The notes beneath the pieces were generated by a model that was not told where the DNA came from, did not search any database, and worked only from the letters and a program-made list of their open reading frames with translations. The position numbers were made by a program, and so were the translations under genes. Below, in pieces: positions 19,211 to 28,100 of a DNA stretch of 64,000 nucleotides. The DNA is taken from positions 8,249 to 72,248 of the IMG/VR virus record IMGVR_UViG_3300047053_000004, one strand, 5' to 3'. The number at the start of each line of letters is the position of its first letter. The stretch's first letter is position 1. The DNA comes from a virus.

Positions 19211-20020
19211 CTAGGGAGTTATCACTTCAAAAGTTTCTGTGCCATTGAGAAAAAGCTCTGCTATTTCAGTGCCGCTAGTTACCCATTTAGCGCCAACGAG
19301 TTTTACTCGTCCCGTGCCAGAAGCGCCAGCAAAGCCGCCGATTTTGGTGAACGCGCCGCTAGTTGATAAGCGGATACAAACATCGGAATCAAGTGTTACA
19401 GCAGATTCCACGGGAACCCATACTGAACCTAGCTGCACTACTGCCATTGGTTCTGTGTGGCGATACTCGGCTTTGTACTCTCCGGTGTCGGGGTAATATT
19501 GCTGGGATTTGTGATTGTGTAAAGTTACACCCAAAAATTTTTGCGCCGCGTCTGTTGCAAGACGGGCCACGTTTTCTGCATCACTTGTTGCCCTAGATAC
19601 TGCTAGTCCAAAACCAATTGAGGAAGAATTTGCAGAGGCAGTGGTTAGGGCGATCGCGTATCCCGTACCACCGCCAGCGATGGAAACATCAAATGGTACC
19701 CCAGGATAACCAGTGAGCGTAAAGGTTCCAGCACCCGTGGAACGAGCAGTTACACCCAGCCCAGAAAAGTTAATTTCGGCAATTAATCCATCGCGGATTT
19801 CTGTAGCTGTGGCGGTAGCGTCTGATGTGTAAGTAACAAGAACACCGTCAACAATCACTTTATAATCGGTGCTATTAGCAGCAGTACCTACAGTAACTGT
19901 GTTTACCTGCCTCACCTGATTTGAAGCATTAATTAATGTAGCAATGCCTCCGGGAATACGGCGTGCGCCTTGCATCCCAGCGATCGCTGGTGGAGATTCG
20001 ATTCTGTCAATTAAAGGCAT
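19211..20020 (-). CDS. Head decoration/cement protein with inserted beta domain
   Basis: Between DUF2213 and the capsid gene; 'IGFGLAV...KFLGVT...MAVVQLGSVWV...GAKW..SG..IAEL' pattern. Confidence 0.75.
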   Translation of the reverse strand: MPLIDRIESPPAIAGMQGARRIPGGIATLINASNQVRQVNTVTVGTAANSTDYKVIVDGVLVTYTSDATATATEIRDGLIAEINFSGLGVTARSTGAGTFTLTGYPGVPFDVSIAGGGTGYAIALTTASANSSSIGFGLAVSRATSDAENVARLATDAAQKFLGVTLHNHKSQQYYPDTGEYKAEYRHTEPMAVVQLGSVWVPVESAVTLDSDVCIRLSTSGAFTKIGGFAGASGTGRVKLVGAKWVTSGTEIAELFLNGTETFEVITP

Positions 20021-20028
20021 AAGCTTTT

Positions 20029-20083
20029 GTCATTAGTCATTGGTCATTGGTCATTGGTCATTGGTCATTGGTCAAATGACTAA
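20029..20083. repeat. STRR-type heptamer array (GTCATTG)5 plus one variant unit, closed by an inverted AATGACTAA
   Basis: Five perfect units at 20036-20070. Confidence 0.9.
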
Positions 20084-21312
20084 TTAGTTACCATCCAGGC
20101 TTTCTCATCTTCTTGCATAGCTTTCATACGAGAGTCCTTGCTGTTACCTGCATTGAACGCATTTTGCACGGCATTCATTAAAGGCTTGGTAGTATCCTTT
20201 TTGGGCTTTTTGCTATGGAGCATAAAGTTAAATGAGCCATCAATAGCATCATTTGTATACTCGTCAAGCTTCAGTCCGGGATTGGCATTCTCAACAGCTG
20301 CTCGTTTTATTTCCACAGCAGTCATTTTTGGATCTGGACTTTCAGCTAAACTCTTGGGGAGAAATGGCCTAGCTTTCGTCCATGCATCAAACCGAGCGGA
20401 GACTTCACTAGCGATCGCCTCATCAAAAGTTTGCTTGTGATGTGCTAAATCTGATTTTGCGGTGGTTGCGTCAGTTCGCAATTGCTCGGAATCTGTCTTC
20501 AAGTCAGAATTTTGTTGACGCAATTCCGAGATAGTTCTATCCCTGTCGTCAACCCGCGCTTCTAACTCAGTGATTCGTCGCTTAAGTTCATCTTCACGTT
20601 TTACTGTTACCGTCTCAGTTTTAGGCAAAGAAGTATCAGTTTTATCGGTTACTACTGTCTCTGTTGTTATTCCTTTAGTCATATCAATTTCACAATAAGC
20701 ATCGTCTAATTTAGATTGAAAACTTTTTGGCTTTAGGGGTGGGCTGCTCCACACTTCTCTGCGAGAGGCTACGCCAACGACTTCGCTCAGTGCAAGTGTA
20801 TCGACATGCATTTTTACGTCCTCTCCCGCCCGACCTAATTCAACAGAAGAGACGTGATTGCCGCGAATACGCCGTTGAATAGCATCGTATTTTTGCCCTC
20901 TCCACGTGCCTGGAGTAAAATCTAACTCGCACCCATAGCCAGCACTAAGTTGCTGTTTTTTGCCACTAGCGATTTCGTCAATTACTTCCTGGTCGGTTAC
21001 ATTAATAGCTACTCGCACAAATCCACGGTCATAAAAAACAGTAGAGTCAGTCGAGCCAGTTTGATATAGTTTGGTATTTTTACTATTTAGAAATTCTGGA
21101 GGGTGAGTATTTGTATGAGGTTTTAGTCCAAAACTTGCAAGGCTTTCTGGATCGCTTACTTCTTCTGGTAGCCTCAATTCACGCCGGGGCGTGCCATCGG
21201 CATTATAATAAGTTTGCACTCCGACGCGGGCGATCGTCCCCCATGCTCTCAAGTAGCCTTCGGGAGTTATCTCATATTTAGTAATGCCTCCTGTGTCAAA
21301 TCGAAGTTCCAT
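20080..21312 (-). CDS. DUF2213 head maturation/scaffold protein
   Basis: TPEGYL....IARVGVQ.Y...R.PEEV..PESLASF...P.T..HP...QLSAGY.C......G...GQ.YDAIQR.IRGNHV..V..GRAG; coiled-coil C-terminus. Confidence 0.92.
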   Translation of the reverse strand: MELRFDTGGITKYEITPEGYLRAWGTIARVGVQTYYNADGTPRRELRLPEEVSDPESLASFGLKPHTNTHPPEFLNSKNTKLYQTGSTDSTVFYDRGFVRVAINVTDQEVIDEIASGKKQQLSAGYGCELDFTPGTWRGQKYDAIQRRIRGNHVSSVELGRAGEDVKMHVDTLALSEVVGVASRREVWSSPPLKPKSFQSKLDDAYCEIDMTKGITTETVVTDKTDTSLPKTETVTVKREDELKRRITELEARVDDRDRTISELRQQNSDLKTDSEQLRTDATTAKSDLAHHKQTFDEAIASEVSARFDAWTKARPFLPKSLAESPDPKMTAVEIKRAAVENANPGLKLDEYTNDAIDGSFNFMLHSKKPKKDTTKPLMNAVQNAFNAGNSKDSRMKAMQEDEKAWMVTN

Positions 21313-21404
21313 TAGTAAAGTTTGTTACTATTGAAATCGATTTTTGCACAAGGGCGAAGTAACTTGTATATAAATAGAATAATTACAAGAATATCAAGTG
21401 AATT

Positions 21405-21794
21405 ATGTATGAACCTTGTGTGTATTTATCACTGAACTTAGAAAATATAACAGCAAGGAAACTTTACAGGTTATCTAAAATTAAACAACTCTCAATTATT
21501 AACTTAGTGGAAGAAATAGTTGAGCGATACTTGGTAAATATCCAGGTTGATGTTTGGAGTGTGGGGGAAATCAAGCGCCCTAGTATTGAACAAGAAAATA
21601 TTAGAAAAGAAATTGGTTCAAGGATAGCTTGTCTTCGACAGATTAATTGTTTAAGTCAAAGAAGGTTGGGTGAAATTGTAAATCTTGACCAACAAAGTAT
21701 GTCACAGATTGAGTTGGGTAAGCGGAGGCTAGATATTGTAGAGGCGATCGCTATCGCTCAAGTATTAGGCGTGGAGTTGAGTGAAATCATATAA
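21405..21794 (+). CDS. XRE-family HTH regulator with N-terminal RHH-like segment
   Basis: IGSRIACLRQINCLSQRRLGEIVNLDQQSMSQIELGKRRLDIVE. Confidence 0.85.
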   Translation: MYEPCVYLSLNLENITARKLYRLSKIKQLSIINLVEEIVERYLVNIQVDVWSVGEIKRPSIEQENIRKEIGSRIACLRQINCLSQRRLGEIVNLDQQSMSQIELGKRRLDIVEAIAIAQVLGVELSEII

Positions 21795-21859
21795 TTGCAA
21801 CATTGAGCTACGTGTAAAATAATTGCTCTTAACGCAATAATAAGACTTTCAACAATTCT

Positions 21860-21880
21860 TCAGGAACAAATTGTTCCTGA
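21860..21880. promoter_or_regulatory. 21-bp palindrome TCAGGAACAAATTGTTCCTGA (identical copy at 47613-47633; 18-bp variant at 10904-10921)
   Basis: Direct sequence comparison. Confidence 0.5.
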
Positions 21881-21896
21881 AGTAGGCGATCGCCCA

Positions 21897-22186
21897 CTAG
21901 TAGTTCGCTTTCGTGACTTGGCTGGGCAAAGGGTAAAGGGGAAGGGGTAATTTTAAGAGGGGTAAAGGTTAAAGGGAAAGGGGGAAAGGAAGAATCTATT
22001 AATCCTTTACCCTTTACCCTTTACCCTTTACCCTTTACCCTTTACCCTTTACCCTTTACCCTTTACCCTTTACCCTTTACCCTTTACCCTTTACCCTTTA
22101 CCCCGCCGCAGGCGCTTATCCTTAACCCTTACCCCTTCCCCTTTCCCCAGCCATCACGCAGCATTTTTGGGTTGGCAGACTACTAG
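21897..22186. mobile_element. MITE-like element with CTAGTAGT...ACTACTAG ends and an internal (TTTACCC)14 array
   Basis: Terminal 8-bp inverted repeats; 14 perfect TTTACCC units at 22006-22103; the right CTAG coincides with the TMP stop codon. Confidence 0.65.
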
Positions 22187-25100
22187 CTTCTCTGAATCAA
22201 CATCCCCAAATCATACAATTCCTTCCTAGCTGCTTGCGTATTTCCAGAAGCAACATCTTTGGGGTTGGGAGTAGTAGGGAAGTAATTATTAATTGGGGTT
22301 GCAATTGTCACCGTGGCAGGCGTTGACAGCTTTTGTTGTACTAACTGCACTAAGCTATCTACAGCAGTTCCTAAGCTACTCACAGCTTTGTCTAACATTG
22401 GCATCACCTTGGGTAGCTCAATAGCCGGCAGTGTAGGCGCAACACGATTCTGTACAATATTTGCTCGATACTGCTCTAGCGGCGTGAGCGATCGCCCCCT
22501 ATTAGCCTCGTTGAAACTATCCAATCGAGTAGAAGCTTCCCCCCGATCGCTAGTACCAAAAATTCTAGACCTTGCCCGATCCTGTAATGCTCTTAATGCA
22601 CGACGGCGATCGCCCCTATTCGCAATTGCGTTGGCTGCTTCAAATTCGGCACGAGTGATATTAGCGCCCGACTGCAAATCTTGGGTTTGGCGGCGCAATT
22701 GATTAGTTTGGGTGTTAGTGGCGCGTTGCCCTGCTAAGAATTGTGCTTGCTGCTGTAAACCTTCCCCTTCTGCTGTTGACGCGACTACGCCTAATCGAGC
22801 CGCTTCTATCTGCTCCGGAGTAGCCCCGCTCCCCTTGGCAGAAACCTTGGCAAGTTCAGCTTGTGATTTAGCAGTATCGGCGCGGTTCCTAATTTGAGCG
22901 ATCGCGTTCTCAACTTCTAATCGGCGTTGAGCTTGGTCTGTTTGTTGAATTTGTAATTCCAGTGATTGGCGATCGGATTCTGCTTGGAGTCGGGCAGATT
23001 GCAATTTGATATTGGCAGCAGCTTCTGCTAATTTCTTCTTTTCACGCTCACCTTTGGCAGTTTCTTGTAATACCTGAAACTCTGCATCAACGTAGCTACC
23101 CAACGCAGAGCGTAGATTCTTTTGAGCATCGAGTAACTGATTTTGCAGAGACAGGGATTTCTCTAAGGCAGAATTAGCTAGAAGCTCAGTATTGAATGAT
23201 TGGGTAGCTGCGGTGGCACGGTTGGCGATCGCTCTTGTGACTCTATCAACTGCCCTTGCATAAGCAGCATATACAGCTTCCTGCTGTGATTTCTCATTCT
23301 GAAGCAGCTGTAATTGTAAATCACTAGTACGGATACGACTTTGCCGAATCTTAGTTTGCCGTCCCTCCTCTTCTATAGGGTCATCGTATTTGGGGAAATC
23401 TTGAAGTTGCTGTAATTTACTGCGTTCAAGCTCTAATTCTTTTTCAATACCAGTGCGGGCAACTTTGAGCGTTTCCGCTTGAACATCCTCTTGCTTAATT
23501 ACGCGAGAGTTGACCAGCTTTTGTAAGTCTATTTCTCTGCCTTTGGTAGCAAGAGTAGTTAAGTCGGTGGCTTTTTGTTGCTCTCTTTCTAATTGTGCTA
23601 GCTGGGCATCAACAAATGCTTTGCGGGCTTCAGTACGCTGCTGCAATATTTGTGATTCTTTGGCTTTGACCTCTAATTGAGCATCAATATCAGTTTTTGA
23701 TATAGTGGCAGACTTGGCTTTTAATACGGCTAATTGGTCATCCAAATAAGTTGTGCGAATAGCATACTGCTGCTCATTAAATTGAGTTTCAGTAAGTAGT
23801 CCTTTAGATTTTGAAGCAAGGGCGATCACTAGTTCCCCGTCAGCACGTTTTTGACTAAGTGCGAGCCGTTGGTCAAATGCAGTTTTTTGAGCTTCTTTAA
23901 TATTGGCGTTAGCTTGGGCTTCTTCTACCGCTAGCGCTTCCAAACCTTCCTTATCGGTTTTGCTTAATGCCTCACGGCGCTGTTTAATGTCAGCAAGCTG
24001 CTCATCACCTTTTTGCTGCTGAATTACTAGGCGGTCTTGGAGTAACTTTTCTTCGGTTATGTTTCCGGCTTTTTGCTTGCTTTCTAAAATAGTTTGGGCT
24101 TCATCAAAATCTTTGAGGCGACGATCGCGTACTTCTTTAATGCGATTTGCATCATTATTAGCTAAATTAACTTGAGCTTGATTTGCGTCTTTTTCAACAG
24201 TTAATAATTCTTCCTTAAGCTCTTTCTCTTGTTTAGCATCTAGCCCCTTTTTGCCTGAGTTTTGCAACCTCTGAGATTCTGCTAATTGATTTTTGATATC
24301 AATCATCCTAGCGTTATTCAACGCAGACATATTGATATTATGTTTTTGTTCTGATTCGTATTCCCTGTCTTTAACTGCATCATCAGAAATCAAACCACGG
24401 GCGCGTTCTTTGGCGGTAGATAAGTCACCACGAGATTTATAAACTTCTGCTAAGTTTTTACCTTTTTTGAAAGCCGTTTCAGACTCCAGTACTGCTTTGT
24501 TGAGAGCATCTTGAGCGGCTGCGGTAGCTTCTGCTTGTGACTGAAGTTTGAATAACTGACCCTTGAGTAATTCAGAAGTTTTAGCTGTATTTACTCCGCG
24601 TTTTGCCTGTTCGTCTAAGCCATTAGTGAGTAAATCGATCTGCTCTTTGGTAAGAGGTATTTGTTTATTTAGTTGAAGAAGAGCTTGATTATATTTAGAA
24701 TCTAGTTTCGCGTCATTGTCAGCCGCATCTATCTGAGCTTGAGATACGCCGTTCAATGCATTAGCTAGCGCTTTGGCTCCATCTTCCGCCACAATCATTC
24801 CTACAGCAAGAGCTGCCAATGATGCAATTAAGATGGGGTTAGCGGCTACTGTAGCTAACATAGCCCTTGCGACAAAAGGTAGAGTAACCGTTGCAAAAGT
24901 AAGTAGCAATCCACCTAGAGCCGTGATGCTAGGAATCAATGCAACGAAGGTAGTCAATGCCAATGCTGCAAAAGCAGATTGAACTAGTTTGGCATTCTTT
25001 TGCGTAAAATCCATTGAACTTGAAAGGGCATCAAAAACAGCGATCGCTGCTGGGGCGATCGCGTCTCCAACTTGTTTATTCAAGTCAGTAAATGAATTTT

Positions 25101-28100
25101 GTAATCTTTGTAAAGATGCAGCAGCCGTTTTAGTTGCTCCATTAACACCACCCGCAGTCTCTGTTGCCAATTGATCGGCGAACTTAGAAAGGTCATCTAG
25201 CCCAACCTTGCCACCTTCTAGCAGCTTGTTAAGCTCTGAAGTGGAAACGCCCATTGCACGAGCGAATATTTGCACTGCTCCGGGAATTCGTTCACCAAGT
25301 TGGCCACGAAGCTCTTCTGCCTGCACAGAGTTCCCACTTATACATTGTTTCCCATTTTTTCTTACGTGTAACGTTGTATTTGGGACTTCAGCGCAAAATA
25401 CATCATCGTCAAAATCAACCCAAGTCAAATGTTCTGGCAGCACAAGAACTTCTTGACTGCTTCCGCCTGCAAGGTATAAGTAAGGTTTGTTTTGTAACTC
25501 GCTTGCGCGGATAATTATTAACTCTTCTGAACTATCGGGATCGCGCACAACCATCCGGTGATCGGGTGTGACAAGCAAATCAACATCAGGTGACGCAACG
25601 CGCAGCATCTTCCCCGTGTGCCGATAACGAATTAATCGAGTAGGTGACTGATAGCTGACAACTTTTGTTTTTAGGTCGATAGTTGCAAATCTGTGATTGA
25701 GTGTAGCCTCTTCCCAGTAAATCCAACCAACATCAGTCAAAACCTCGGTTTCTCCGTCATAGCATCCTTTAGAAATAATTTGCTCGACTGCCAAGAACGC
25801 GCCTTCCGTTTGGTCGGCGGTAAGATTGTATACCCGCGCTGCTTGAGCAACCCCCGTGAATATTTTCTGAGTTCTAGCCCCCTCAATTGAAGTTCCACGA
25901 GCGGCGGCGGCAAGTCCAGTGAATCCTTTGATTGAGGCTTCCAAGGGGAGGGAGAGTCTATCTACTTCTTTCCTGACAAACTCTAAACCTTGCGCTCCTT
26001 CCCCGCCTGTTGCAAAGTTTAATGACTTTTCTAGTGCCTCAAATCTTAATGAGGTCTGAAATGCAGTGACTGCCAATTGCTGTAATTGCTGCTGCACAAC
26101 ATTTACAACTTGAAATGCCAAGAATCCCTTGACCAAAGAAAAGACATTCTTCAATAGTCCCGGCATTTTGAGATTAAGGTCAGCAAGAAATCCGCCACCT
26201 GCGGGTGTTTGCCCCAATAACTCCAAGGATTTTCTAACTTGCTGATTATACTGATTTAACTGTGTAAGGTCTTTATCAGAAATATTCTTTTGAGAGGCGA
26301 TCGCCCCACCTTGATTACTCGCACCGCGCAAATCATTGGCAACGGGTTGCAGTCGCTTACCACGAGCAATAGCAGGGTCAATTTCTGCGACTCGCGCTTT
26401 GTCTGCATCTACTTGCGTCCCCAATTGGTTTAGTTGCCCAGAAAGGCGCTGCAAGTCACCCGCCGTCAAGGGCGGCACTCTTCCCTCTTTCGCTGCCCGA
26501 ACTTTAGCGATAATTTGCTGAATGCGTTTTTCATTTTCAGCAATCTGCTTTTGCAATACCTTGGATTCAGTAACAGATGCTTTCCCGATCGCTATCTGTG
26601 AATCCAAATCGACTAATATCGCTTGAGCTTGCTGATTTAGAGCTTGAGCTTGCTTCCTACTACCTGAAGTGCGGAAATCCTGGAATTCAGTACGCAGATT
26701 ATTAAATACTTTGCCAACACTCGGAATTTTAGCTTCTGGTCGTTGCTCAGCAATATCTACAGGTGCAGTTTGATCGATGCCGTAACTACGGAGGCGATCG
26801 GTTTGTTTTTTTTGCTGCTGTTGTTGGTTGTATCGCGCACGAGCTTCAATCTCGGATACCTGTTGATTAATCTGTGCTTCTAGTTGCTTGAGTGCCTGTT
26901 GTGCTTTCTGAAATGAGGCTTCTGAGCTTTTATTGATTGCTTGGTTTTGTTTTTGAGCAGATGTATCAAGCTTTGATTGAGAAGCACGAATCACTGCTGA
27001 TGTTTTTTGTACCGCAACATCAGCAGTGATTATCCCAGCAAGCATTTGTTTATTAATCTGTTGAATCAAAAGCTTGGTTTGGGTATTTGCCAATTCTGCA
27101 TTTTGCAATAATTGCTGAATCTGAGGTTCAGCAGGTAGCAAGTCTTTCACCCGTTCATCCCTGCGGGACTGAGCATCTTTAAATGACAAAGGCGAATTTT
27201 CTCGAATTCTTTCGTCACGGCGGGAGCGAGCGCCACTAAAAGATAAATCCATCTTGGATTGGCGCTCATTTCGGCGGGATTGGGCATCAGCAAACGACAG
27301 TTGTGATACAGATTCGCTTCGCAGCCTTTCGTCCCTGCGAGACTGGGCGTCGCTAAACGAAAGCGCGTTTGTTGCAGGGATTGAAAATTGTAAGTTTGCT
27401 ACAGATTGAGCAGAAGATGTTTTTGAGGTTACTGAAGACGAACTTAGTGAAGTTAATCTTGACTGTGCGGCAATTCGTTGTTTACCTAGTGTGGCGATCG
27501 CGCTCCTCAAGAAATTCCGCGTTTCTTGGTCTATGTCTTGTGCCAATGCTGAAGCATAGACTTTTCTCGCTTCTGTTATACCGTCCAATACTAAGCGCAG
27601 TGTAGCAGCAGATTCAGGATCTCCTTTTTTCTTGGCCGCAGATTTGATACCTTGCCCCAGATAGCGATTAGTTTCGGTGACTTCTTGCTTGATTCCAGAT
27701 AATGGCAGCTTGAGTAATTCAGATGCGTCTTGCTGAATTTGAGGATCGACTTTTGAGAAAGTGGGAATTCTAAAAGATAATTCTTCTGGCTTTACTTGCT
27801 GTAAAAGCATTTGCCGCAGATCGGCAACCTTCTTGTTGGAGTAACCGCTAATGCCACTTGAGCGGGCGATCGCGGTAAGTTGTTTTCCGGTTAATTGTTC
27901 TAAATTGGCTTTGTTTTCAGCAGTCAGATTGTTGAATAGTTGCTCCTGAGCTTTGGTGCGAACGCTATTAAGCTCCCGCTGGCGTTCGGTTAATTTAGTT
28001 TTGAGTGAAGGGATATTTTGTGGAGCAGAGATGCCTTTGACGTAATTCAGAATTTCTTGTCCGTAGCGATCGGCAAAAGTATAAGCGTCCATTTCTGTTT

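Noticed and set aside
22006-22103. (TTTACCC)14 as a telomere-like or CRISPR-like array
   Set aside because: It is a perfect heptamer with no spacers, differs from TTTAGGG, and lies inside a dispersed palindromic element; best explained as an STRR expansion
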